From an uncultured virus (IMG/VR IMGVR_UViG_3300031787_000018) (taxonomy: Duplodnaviria > Heunggongvirae > Uroviricota > Caudoviricetes), in IMG/VR virus record IMGVR_UViG_3300031787_000018, positions 62,001 through 126,000 of that record: DNA of 64,000 nucleotides. One strand, given 5' to 3'. Under the pieces are notes generated by a model. It was not told where the DNA came from, ran no database searches, and saw only the letters and a list, made by a program, of their open reading frames with translations. The first letter of the stretch is position 1. The number at the start of each line of letters is the position of its first letter. Shown piece by piece: positions 17,871-27,393 of this stretch. The translations under genes were made by a program, and so were the position numbers.

Positions 17871-18135
17871 AAAAGGTGATTATGTTTTTATCACAGACGG
17901 ACAAACTTGGATATCAAAAAACTTATTCGATAGAAAATTTTTATGTATGAAACCCAATAAGTTTTATAGGGTTCTAGGTTTGAATGATAAATCTGTTTTT
18001 TTAACTTGTGAACCAAATGCGGGTAAATTCACTAGAATTAAACTAGAAAGTCCAATACTTGAAAAATTAACGTTTATTGGAGAAGAAGATTTTAAAGAAA
18101 TTGAGAATTTAGATTTTTTTGAGTATGCGTTATAA
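17857..18135 (+). CDS. Hypothetical protein (KGD-start family)
   Basis: ATG at 17857, MEKIRKGDYV. Confidence 0.65.
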   Translation: MEKIRKGDYVFITDGQTWISKNLFDRKFLCMKPNKFYRVLGLNDKSVFLTCEPNAGKFTRIKLESPILEKLTFIGEEDFKEIENLDFFEYAL

Positions 18136-18143
18136 GTCACAAA

Positions 18144-18698
18144 ATGAAATTTATATTAACCCTTATATTATCAGTAATAACCTTTATTGGTGTTTGTCAA
18201 ACAAGGGTAACAGCCGTTATAATTAATGGTGATACCTTACCCTATGTTAAATTAAAACCTTTTATAATAAAGGAAAAGGGTAATTGGGGTGTATTTGTTT
18301 CTTGGGAACGTAGTCGTTTAGAAAAAAAAGTTAGAAAAGTTTTACCTTTGGTCAAGGTGCTATCCCGAGAACTTAATAACAGAAAAGAAAACCTAAATTC
18401 TACAAATCCAATTATACGTAAAAAAGAACTTCATGAGATGGAAGTTTATTTAAAAAGTAATTATGGTAAGACAATAAAAGATTTAACCATAAGTGAAGGT
18501 AAGGTATTATTAAAACTTATTCATAGAGAAAATGGTATGTCACCTTATGAAATTTTAAAAATGTTAAAGGGTGAAAGAAAAGCAGAATTTTGGGATGGAT
18601 TTGCAGGACTATTTGGCACAGATTTGGAATCCAAATGGGATCCTGAAGGTGAAGATAAAATGTTAAATCAAATTGTTATCAAAATAGAAAATGATTAA
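18144..18698 (+). CDS. DUF4294-like Bacteroidota exported protein
   Basis: GDTLPYVKL, VRKVLP, LTISEGKVLLKLIHRE and FW...A.LFG.DL...WDP motifs. Confidence 0.7.
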   Translation: MKFILTLILSVITFIGVCQTRVTAVIINGDTLPYVKLKPFIIKEKGNWGVFVSWERSRLEKKVRKVLPLVKVLSRELNNRKENLNSTNPIIRKKELHEMEVYLKSNYGKTIKDLTISEGKVLLKLIHRENGMSPYEILKMLKGERKAEFWDGFAGLFGTDLESKWDPEGEDKMLNQIVIKIEND

Positions 18699-18921
18699 TT
18701 GGATAAAGCCCCAAGACAGATGGATAGAAGGTTATTATAACTCTATTAGACTTTATATACATTTAACCAAAGAACAAAAAGTTGATGGTTTATATTTCAT
18801 TGAAGGTAACCATAAAGAAAAGGTGGTACCTGAAGATGAACATGAGGCAGATATAGATTTTATGAAATTGATGGCTGAATATATTATAAAAGAAAAATAC
18901 ATTAACAAATATGGAAATTAA
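18691..18921 (+). CDS. Hypothetical protein
   Basis: 76 aa ORF overlapping its neighbours. Confidence 0.6.
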   Translation: MINWIKPQDRWIEGYYNSIRLYIHLTKEQKVDGLYFIEGNHKEKVVPEDEHEADIDFMKLMAEYIIKEKYINKYGN

Positions 18922-19124
18922 TTTAAGAGGTAATTTTAACAACAAGGTAGTTGAAATTATGGACATGGAATTTGGTAGGTTGGAGACAATTAAGTTACCC
19001 GTTATAACCAAGTTTAAAATTAAGGATGGTGCTGATGAAAAATGGGTTGACGCAAGTCTGGTTGTGATGTTGGAAAGGACTTTCAAATAATTAAATCTTC
19101 ACAATTCTGTGATATTTATATTAT

Positions 19125-19790
19125 GTGAGAAATCTTATTAAATCTATTTTAAAAGAAGAATACGAAAGGGAACCACAAGTTGGTGATAATTTGTTATGCC
19201 ACACTGTTACACCTGCTTTTGAACCTTATTTAACAGTAAATAAAACATATAGAGTAATTGATGTAACATATTTTGATAATAGATTAGAGGTTTTAGTTAT
19301 AAAAGACGATACTGGTATAAATCGAATGTTTACAATAAAACCAGTAATGGGGCATTCTTATAAAACATGGTTCCATTTATTAGATGATATTGATGATGAA
19401 TATTTTTTTGAAAATATGTCGGAATCTGAAGAGGGTGATTTTGATTGGGTGGGTGATATCATTGAAAAATCCAACATGTGGGAAACATTACCAAGAAATG
19501 GAAATTATATATTGTTTTATTTTTATCCAAAAATATCTTCAGAACAATTTAAAAAATATGTAATCCCAATTTTATTAGAACAAGACATTAGAATTGAAAG
19601 TTCTGCGTCACGTAGTGGTATGGATCATCTAGAAATACATCCTAGTACACGTATACAATATAATAATAAACTTGTTGCCTTGTTTGGTGATGTTGAATAT
19701 TTCGATAAAGATGAAGAGGGATTTATTAAACAGTTATCAGAAGACGGTTCAACACCTATAAACGGTAGAGAATTTTTTAACATACCTTAA
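19125..19790 (+). CDS. Leader-bearing two-domain protein
   Basis: GTG start, MRNLIKSILKEE leader; acidic linker DDIDDEYFFENMSE; GATATTTAT at 19111. Confidence 0.8.
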   Translation: MRNLIKSILKEEYEREPQVGDNLLCHTVTPAFEPYLTVNKTYRVIDVTYFDNRLEVLVIKDDTGINRMFTIKPVMGHSYKTWFHLLDDIDDEYFFENMSESEEGDFDWVGDIIEKSNMWETLPRNGNYILFYFYPKISSEQFKKYVIPILLEQDIRIESSASRSGMDHLEIHPSTRIQYNNKLVALFGDVEYFDKDEEGFIKQLSEDGSTPINGREFFNIP

Positions 19791-19809
19791 ACAAATCTTT
19801 TAAAAACTA

Positions 19810-20362
19810 AAAACCCCCAATCTAATATTACATAGATGTGGGGGTTTTGTTTGCCGATAGATTTATTCACATGAAAGGGAACCTTTGTTGACACCGTAAG
19901 GTAGGTGTGACAAGAGGGTTTTATCGATGTTATAATCGAGATCGGTCTTGTTTGTGTTTATAACACGTGTTAAGGGAATCGGTGGCTTTTGGGTTAAGGT
20001 GCCGTGATCGTTGATTCCCGTGTGGATGATCAGTCCACTGATTAAACCTTGTGAGAGTGTGAAAGTTCTCCAATTTTTTTATTTTAACTATTGTGAAGTT
20101 TAATAAAAATACTATGACCCGTTAAAAAAAGAACAACATCTTTGAACACCACGATTGCTTTTACTTTCCCTGTTTTTAGAGAGGTTTCAGCCTGTGTCAG
20201 TCAATTATCGGTTTCACGATGGTTCAGGACTTAGCTTCCTCTGTGGTAAACATTTACAGTTTTTATGGTGTTACAGTTTTTATTTATGAGTGGTGTCATG
20301 TCGGATGGTCGTGTTACTCTTTACTCGGGAGATTTAGGACCTTTACTTTCCACTCATTCACT
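19810..20362 (-). ncRNA. Putative large structured ncRNA (about 500-550 nt)
   Basis: ORF-free and GC-richer; minus-strand TTG..TAACTTTG promoter near 20367-20397; many helices; hairpin terminator at 19810-19848. Confidence 0.5.
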
Positions 20363-20591
20363 TCTTCAAAGTTAAACATTCTTTTTTAAACTATCAAGAG
20401 GTTTTTAAAAATTATTTTTTTTATTTTCCCCTTACCGTTATCAGGTTGTTTAACTTAACACAACAAAGATATGTAATTTATTTCATACCGTCAACAAAAT
20501 CTTTGTTTTTTTTTTATTGTTGTGTTTTTATGTCAAATAACTTGTACAAATATATAAACAATTTTTAACATAGACAAGATATTTATTGTAA

Positions 20592-22010
20592 ATGGAAAAA
20601 GAAATTTTAGATTTTATCTTTCAAAGTGGTGGTATTGGTTTACAGTTCTACAATCCTGAAGAATATAATAATGAAGGTATTGTTTATACTATTATAGATT
20701 CTGATGAAAAGTATATTGATTTACAGTGGGAAGACGATGAAGAAATTTACTATAATAGTGAACCTTGGCACGTTTTTTTATCACATTTAGAGAGTGGTTT
20801 TTATGTTATTAAAAATATGGATTTCTTATGCCAAACTATGGGTGTTGATTTAGATATTGATGACGTTTTTGGTTCCTTAAATGAAAATGAATCGTCACAT
20901 ATAGTCGGTAATATAGAAAGATTATTACAAGAATGGAATTGGGTTGTGATGCCTGTGTCAGACATCACAGAAGAACAGTTCCAAGAATTACAATTATATC
21001 TATACTCAAAAGGTATATATTGGCAAAGTGGTGGTGATGATGTTAGAAGTATGCCACCTGATTTGGGTTGGATATATATCGGAAGATACCCGTATTATAA
21101 TGGTAGGCCACCACATGCACAAAGAGCAACCATAGGTTGGACATTTTACCAAGATGGTATATGGAGACCAGAAGAGGATCCAAGTTACGCTGAAGACTAT
21201 AGATTATGGAATCCTAAATATAAAATAGTTAGTTATTACGATATTATTTTAGACGATGATGATTTAGATATGGATGATGTTTTTGGTTCCTTGAATGAAG
21301 GAACTTATCAACCTATTTTAAATTTGAGGTTTGACCCACCATTGAGAAATGAATGGGAGTTACTTGAAGTAATGAAAGTAATTCAAAGAAATTACGACGA
21401 TGTCACTTGGCGGTCAGGAGGTATACCAACTAATTTACCTTATTTGGATCAGATATGGGAAGATCCTTCAGAGGGTATTTGGTATATAACAATTGGTTTT
21501 TTTAAATCAAATCCGAAGAATATAACTTACACATCCGGTGATATAGATGACCCGTCTATATCAGATGAGGAACATCATATGTATAAACATTTAAATGGAA
21601 GAGAATGGGTTAGAAGTCACGACTTTGATGCGGATGAAACTAGTGATATGTTTGGTCCTTTAATTGAGACGAATGAATTTGATTGGGTTGGTGATATAAT
21701 TGATGATGATGCTAATAGATTTTCAAAAATACCAAGTTATAATCATGAAAGATATATATTACGTTTTTCACAACCTATGCTTGCTAGTGATGTTATGGAT
21801 TTATTAAAGTTTTTAAAAGAAATTGGTTGGGATGTTGGTGACAATATTGTGCGTGATTATAATTTTGATGATTTAGTTGAATACTCTTCAAATGGAACTG
21901 GTTATATACATTTGAGGCCTAATGGTAAAGTTACTTATGCCGATGATGTTAAATTATTTTCAGATTATACCGACATTAAACTTGATACTGTCAGACAAAT
22001 ATGGGTATAG
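20592..22010 (+). CDS. Four-module acidic protein (putative polyprotein)
   Basis: Modules separated by DIDDVFGSLNE, DMDDVFGSLNE and DETSDMFGPLIE; GATATTTAT at 20578. Confidence 0.85.
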   Translation: MEKEILDFIFQSGGIGLQFYNPEEYNNEGIVYTIIDSDEKYIDLQWEDDEEIYYNSEPWHVFLSHLESGFYVIKNMDFLCQTMGVDLDIDDVFGSLNENESSHIVGNIERLLQEWNWVVMPVSDITEEQFQELQLYLYSKGIYWQSGGDDVRSMPPDLGWIYIGRYPYYNGRPPHAQRATIGWTFYQDGIWRPEEDPSYAEDYRLWNPKYKIVSYYDIILDDDDLDMDDVFGSLNEGTYQPILNLRFDPPLRNEWELLEVMKVIQRNYDDVTWRSGGIPTNLPYLDQIWEDPSEGIWYITIGFFKSNPKNITYTSGDIDDPSISDEEHHMYKHLNGREWVRSHDFDADETSDMFGPLIETNEFDWVGDIIDDDANRFSKIPSYNHERYILRFSQPMLASDVMDLLKFLKEIGWDVGDNIVRDYNFDDLVEYSSNGTGYIHLRPNGKVTYADDVKLFSDYTDIKLDTVRQIWV

Positions 22011-22072
22011 ATAATTAAAATTTTTTTTATCAAAATCCCTCCAGTGTGAGGGATTTTTTGTATATTTGTTTT

Positions 22073-22354
22073 ATGGAAACTAAATCATATAAAGTTGGTG
22101 GTTATCTTTATTGTATCAAACCTGTTATAATGAAAAACGGTAAACTACAAGGTAAAGCTGTGACCAAAGTTGGTAAACACTATAAGATATTAGATGTAAC
22201 GAAAAAAAGGTTTTACATAAGGGATGATAATAAACAATGTCATTCATTTGATTTTGATGGTTATAGGGAATGGTTTATACATACCGAAAAAATGATTAGA
22301 GGTGTTAATAAAATTGTTGATGAAATTATCGACAACGATGTTTTTTGGGAATAA
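22073..22354 (+). CDS. Hypothetical protein; free-standing version of a module in 19125 and 41561
   Basis: ATG at 22073 after TATATTTG; VG..L.C.K.V.M...Y.I...Y..WF pattern. Confidence 0.7.
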   Translation: METKSYKVGGYLYCIKPVIMKNGKLQGKAVTKVGKHYKILDVTKKRFYIRDDNKQCHSFDFDGYREWFIHTEKMIRGVNKIVDEIIDNDVFWE

Positions 22355-22377
22355 ATTTATTATATTATATATAAAAA

Positions 22378-23387
22378 ATGGAAAATAACGAAAAAAATAT
22401 AGGTTGGTCTAAAGATAAAGCTGAAAAATCTAAACAAGAATTACTAACTGAATTAAAAAAAGAATACGGTATCTCAGATGATAATTTAACTTGGGTGGAT
22501 AAAATGTTGACTGAAATAATTCAAGAACAGGATGATAAGTTAAAACAAAATAAAAATGAGAAAAAGAGGTAGGACAATGTATGTATCACAAGATGTTGAT
22601 GTGGAAATCTATTTTGATGATATCAGGAATTACGTAAATGACTACGCATCTGAGGATGAGTTAAAAATATTGGCCAAAGATTTGGAAAAAAATTATTTGG
22701 GACAACGTAATGTTGAGGTAAAAACCTTAGAAGATGAATTTAAATTAGAATTACTAATGTTAGCTTTTAACAAGTACTCATTATCAGAAATAGAAAATAA
22801 ATTGGGTACAAAATTTGATTTAAGTTAAAATTATGAAATTCGAAATAGGTGACAGAGTTAAGAAAAAGAACGGTGGCTTATTTTACTGCACACAAGAAGA
22901 ATGTGGTACCATTGTAGGGTTTAGTGACCATGGTTCGGATCCTTGGGTCCACATAAAAGGTGAATATTATATGATAGATGGAATTAAGCAGATAAACCAC
23001 CACAATCCTAGATTTTTGGTGAAAGTTGAAAAAATAAATTTTTGTGAAAAAAATATTAAAAAAATAAAAATTACCTCATGTGATTAGAGGATTATCGGAA
23101 ATGGATATAAATATATGAAAAAACATTTAAAAGAATGGTTTGATTTATTTTGGATATGGGGACCAATGTTATTAATAATATTGGTTCTATATGGTAACAT
23201 GTATTATACATCACATTATTGTAAAGAATACACATATAAGTCAATTTGTAGAGAGTGTGCTGAATGGAAGACTACAGATAATGGTCACACAGGTAGGTAT
23301 AGGAGAGAGTGGACGGAATGTGTTCGTTGGGTTGATTACGAATGTGAGTTAACAGATGATTCTTGTGGGTGTGTTAAATTAAAGTAA
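22378..23387 (+). CDS. Four small hypothetical ORFs (22378-22572, 22556-22828, 22833-23087, 23115-23387)
   Basis: Tightly packed co-directional ORFs; the last has a TM segment and a Cys-rich tail. Confidence 0.6.
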
Positions 23388-23549
23388 TTATTTATTATTA
23401 TTTTTGTGGTAATTTATAATATCTTGTTTTACCATAGGTAATATACTTTTTAGTTTATCTGACCAACTTTTTTCTCGTTCCTCTTTTGACGGTATGTTCA
23501 AATATCTACATTTTCTTTATCTTTGGTGTTATCTTTATTTTTTAACATG

Positions 23550-24173
23550 TCATTTAAGTTTTGGTAATATTGATAATAATCTTTCTTCCCATTTTTTATT
23601 AATTTCCTCGATAGGTGGGATGTCTAAGTACTCAGTTTCCGTTGTTTCATTTTCTTGGATATTATCAACCAATTCCATTACCCAAAAATCAGTACCATCG
23701 GTATTTTTACCTTTTTTTGTTAGTTTATACATAAATTCATTTATAAATATTTTTGTAATTTCATCATATCTAACTAAAGAGTTATTATCTAAAACTTCAT
23801 GGGTCGTTCTAATAACTTTGTTAGGCTTAATATTTGTTAATAGTCTTCTAGTTAACCCCAAAATTATAGATATAACCATTCTTTTATTTTTAATACTATT
23901 AGGTATATATCTACTAACCTCATCTCTTTTTAACATAAAACCTGTTATAGGTTTATTGTTAGTATCAACAACCATAAAACAATATGAATATTTACTGATA
24001 TCGTTATTTATTTTTTCAAAACCAACGAATAAGTATAATTTATCCCCATTATTATCATCTTTAGATATTAATGTAGTAAACACACCTTCTTCCGGTGAAT
24101 AGACATTAGATTCCCACTCATCTATTTTAGAAACCATTTCCTCAATTAATATCTTCTTAATTAAGTCTCTCAT
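23550..24173 (-). CDS. Leader-bearing hypothetical protein
   Basis: MRDLIKKILIEE leader, 207 aa. Confidence 0.8.
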   Translation of the reverse strand: MRDLIKKILIEEMVSKIDEWESNVYSPEEGVFTTLISKDDNNGDKLYLFVGFEKINNDISKYSYCFMVVDTNNKPITGFMLKRDEVSRYIPNSIKNKRMVISIILGLTRRLLTNIKPNKVIRTTHEVLDNNSLVRYDEITKIFINEFMYKLTKKGKNTDGTDFWVMELVDNIQENETTETEYLDIPPIEEINKKWEERLLSILPKLK

Positions 24174-24253
24174 GTTATTAAATATAAATTGATTTTATAT
24201 TTTATAAATATTATATTTGTATAATGAAAGGTACATTAAACTATAATTAAAAT

Positions 24254-24736
24254 ATGAAAAAAATAAAAATTTGGGCTTCGGCCTTAGCATCAATGTTGTT
24301 AATAACATCTTGTTCAGAAAATTATTCTAACGGTGAAAGAATTGGTTTGGTTACACAATTCTCCAAAAGTGGTATAATATGGAAATCATGGGAAGGTCAT
24401 TTGAACATGACCCAAACTGGGATGAACTCTTCAACACCATTTGATTTTTCTATTGATAATGACAATCAAGATGAAAATTTGGTAAAATCATTGGATAGTG
24501 CTGCTAATTACGGTTGGAAGGTTAAAATTGTTTATCATGAAACAGCTGGGTATAATTGGTTCAGAAATCGTGGTGAGACAAGTCATTTTGTGACCAAAAT
24601 GGAAGTTTTAGATAGAAATCCTATCGCTACGGCATTTGGTAATAGCACGTCCCCTGAAAGTAAATCAGGTTGTAACTGTAAAACAACTGGTAAAGTAATT
24701 GACACAATTTATGTTGTGATTGATAAAACAAAATAA
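24254..24736 (+). CDS. Lipoprotein
   Basis: Lipobox ITSC; YSNGERIGLVTQFSKSGIIWKSWEG. Confidence 0.75.
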   Translation: MKKIKIWASALASMLLITSCSENYSNGERIGLVTQFSKSGIIWKSWEGHLNMTQTGMNSSTPFDFSIDNDNQDENLVKSLDSAANYGWKVKIVYHETAGYNWFRNRGETSHFVTKMEVLDRNPIATAFGNSTSPESKSGCNCKTTGKVIDTIYVVIDKTK

Positions 24737-24895
24737 AACATGAAAAAAATAACAATTTTGTCTTTATTAATTTGTCTATTGGCAAGTTCTTGTAAAAATT
24801 ATTACTATCAACCATGTCCTGCATATGGAAAGGTTGAAACCAAAAAACCTTAATTTTTACTTTTTATATTTAATTATTTTTCATATCATTAAAAT

Positions 24896-25438
24896 ATGAA
24901 TATATTTGTTTTGGATAAGGACGTTAAAAAATGTGCTGAATATCACTGTGACAAACATTTGGTAAAAATGATTACAGAACACAATCAAATATTAGGTACA
25001 ATATCTTATATCCGACGAGGTATAAAAAATAAAAAAGAAATTACAGAAGATTTTATATATAAAAATTTTCAAGGGTTTCCAAGGCAAAAAGATGATAAAC
25101 CTTTTCCATATGGAATTGGTTTTGTTAACCATCCATGTACAAAATGGGTTAATACATCATCAAGTAATTATAAATGGTTGACGGAATTAACTCATGAGAT
25201 GTGTAAAGAATACACCAAAAGATACGGTAGGAAACATGCTGGTGAGGATATTAATTTTTGGTACCGTGACAACATGCCAGAAATACCTGATATTGGTTTG
25301 ACACAGTTTTCACAGGCAATGCCTGACGATTGTAAAATGTCAGACCCAATAGAAGGTTATAGAAATTATTATAAAAAATATAAAGTAAGATTTGCCAAAT
25401 GGCAACATGGTCAAACACCAAAATGGTACCTAGTATGA
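24896..25438 (+). CDS. Pyrimidine dimer DNA glycosylase / endonuclease V-like protein
   Basis: MNIFVLD....CAEYHCDKHLVKM..E, NHPCTKW, EY.KRYG..H and QAMPD motifs. Confidence 0.8.
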   Translation: MNIFVLDKDVKKCAEYHCDKHLVKMITEHNQILGTISYIRRGIKNKKEITEDFIYKNFQGFPRQKDDKPFPYGIGFVNHPCTKWVNTSSSNYKWLTELTHEMCKEYTKRYGRKHAGEDINFWYRDNMPEIPDIGLTQFSQAMPDDCKMSDPIEGYRNYYKKYKVRFAKWQHGQTPKWYLV

Positions 25439-25773
25439 AAAAAATAAAATCAGAAGAATATATTACATGTGCTGCCATATGGTATAAAGATTTACCTACA
25501 CAAAGACTATTACCTAAAAACATTGATAAAGGAATTGTTGTTTGCGGTCACAGACATGGTAATTGTATTGATATCGTGTCAACACTTTCTCAACTGAGGA
25601 CAGTACAATTTGGTCCCGATAGTGTGGGTGAAACCGAACAGGGTTTTATGACATCCAAAAATAGGTTTGTCGATAGAATAGAAGCTATGAGTATTGCAGT
25701 AGAAAATGAACAAGTGAATGAAAATGAATTACATAATCCAATGATAGGTTTATTTAGTGAAGATTTATATTAA
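25435..25773 (+). CDS. Hypothetical phage protein
   Basis: ITCAAIWY, CGHRH..C, EQGF.TS.NRFVDR and LFSEDLY; ATGA-coupled start at 25435. Confidence 0.7.
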   Translation: MKKIKSEEYITCAAIWYKDLPTQRLLPKNIDKGIVVCGHRHGNCIDIVSTLSQLRTVQFGPDSVGETEQGFMTSKNRFVDRIEAMSIAVENEQVNENELHNPMIGLFSEDLY

Positions 25774-25782
25774 ATTTAAATT

Positions 25783-26796
25783 ATGACAAAAGAAACATTA
25801 AAACAATTAATTGAAATTGAATTCGATAGGGTTGAAACAATATCACAATTTAAATCAGAAGTCTTTAGACTTATTGATTTGTATGAACAAGATAAGCCAT
25901 CTACAGTAGTACCTATCATAAGTAATGAACCTGATGAGGTTATGTATGCTGAAATTTGTGGATGTAACCCTAAAAATGGTGGCAGTGGTATGTGCGGTTG
26001 TATAATGGGAAATAAAATGGTACCCAATCCTAAAAAATATGGACAACCTAAATCAAATTTTGGGACCACAACGGGGATAGATATAGATTTACAAAATCCT
26101 TATTCACCCACAGCTAAGTGGATAACATCAAATAATATAAGATCAAATAATATAAGATAAAACATGAAAACATTTATACAATTATCATTAATAGGAGTTT
26201 TACTGATGTACTTGGCCTTTTCATTTATTTCATGGAAATTAAACCCCTCATGTTGGGAACAAGGTACTAGAGCCATGTTGGTATTCATATCTTTTGGTTG
26301 GATACTTATATCGGGTATTATTGCCGCAGGAATAGAAGATATGAAAAACAAATAATATGGAAAATAAAATAAAATATCCCATACTTGCTTACGCTCCAGG
26401 TTTCTATTTGAGTAAGTGTGTAAACTGTGAAGAAGAATTCATGGGTGATAAGTATGCAAGACAATGTGAAACTTGTGCAATAAACCAATTAAATGATTTA
26501 TACAAAGAAACATCACAAAAGTTGATGGAGGCAAATAAGACGATATTGAAATTAAAAGAAATTAAAGAATTCCTAAATAAAACTGAACTATAAATAACAT
26601 GGAAGAGATAACGATTTATAAATTTCAACTTGAAAGGATAGTTGAAGCACTTAGAATTACTTCAAACATACATAATTGTAACAAGTTAGAAACATCACAT
26701 GATAGACAAGTTAGGTCTGCCTTACAATACGCTAAAAACGCTTTAGAAGGTAACAAAGAGGTGGAAGTAAATTATATGACAGGAAAAAATAAATAA
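25783..26796 (+). CDS. Four small hypothetical ORFs (25783-26160, 26164-26355, 26357-26593, 26599-26796)
   Basis: Co-directional with 1-5 nt spacing. Confidence 0.65.
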
Positions 26797-26797
26797 T

Positions 26798-27373
26798 ATG
26801 GGACTAATAGAACACGCAAAATTAGAATTAGAGATGGCTGGTTTATTTTCTGGTGAAGGTGACTTTTATGATGGTATGACAGGTAAAGCAGTCATGGAAT
26901 TAATAGAAGTATTTTCCAAACAAGGACATTCAGGGATGTCAGCACCCATTGTCACCGACTTATTTCGTAAATTGGCTAATTATGAACCATTACAACCTAT
27001 CACTGGTAAAGATGAAGAGTGGGGTGATGTGAGAGATTTAGGTGATGGGCGATCTTGGTATCAAAATAAGAGATGTTCGGCTTTATTCAAAGACGGTAAA
27101 GACGGAAGACCTTATTATATTGATGCTATTGTTAAAAGAGACCAAAGAGGTATAACATGGAGTGGAATGGCTTGGTTAAATGAAGAAGATTGGTTAAATG
27201 GAGATAGAACCAAAATGATAGATAAACGGGGTTATGTTAAATCATTTCCATTTACACCTAAAACCTTTTATATTGATGTAAGGGATGTTGAAGTTGCAAA
27301 AGATGATTGGGAAAGTTTTATTGTTGACCCATCACAACTAGATGAAGTTAGAGAATATTATGATTTAAAATAA
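26798..27373 (+). CDS. Hypothetical phage protein
   Basis: 191 aa; HAKLEL, FSKQGHSGMSA, PLQPITG.DEEW and QNKRCSALFK. Confidence 0.8.
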   Translation: MGLIEHAKLELEMAGLFSGEGDFYDGMTGKAVMELIEVFSKQGHSGMSAPIVTDLFRKLANYEPLQPITGKDEEWGDVRDLGDGRSWYQNKRCSALFKDGKDGRPYYIDAIVKRDQRGITWSGMAWLNEEDWLNGDRTKMIDKRGYVKSFPFTPKTFYIDVRDVEVAKDDWESFIVDPSQLDEVREYYDLK

Positions 27374-27393
27374 TTTTTCCTTATATTTGTATA

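Noticed and set aside
19810..20362. tmRNA or RNase P RNA
   Set aside because: No tmRNA acceptor or T-arm ends; GAGGAAGCTAAGTCC only loosely resembles the RNase P GAGGAAAGUCC and I found no matching 3' P4 strand
23494..24102. 202 aa plus-strand ORF
   Set aside because: Antisense shadow of the leader-bearing gene 23550-24173
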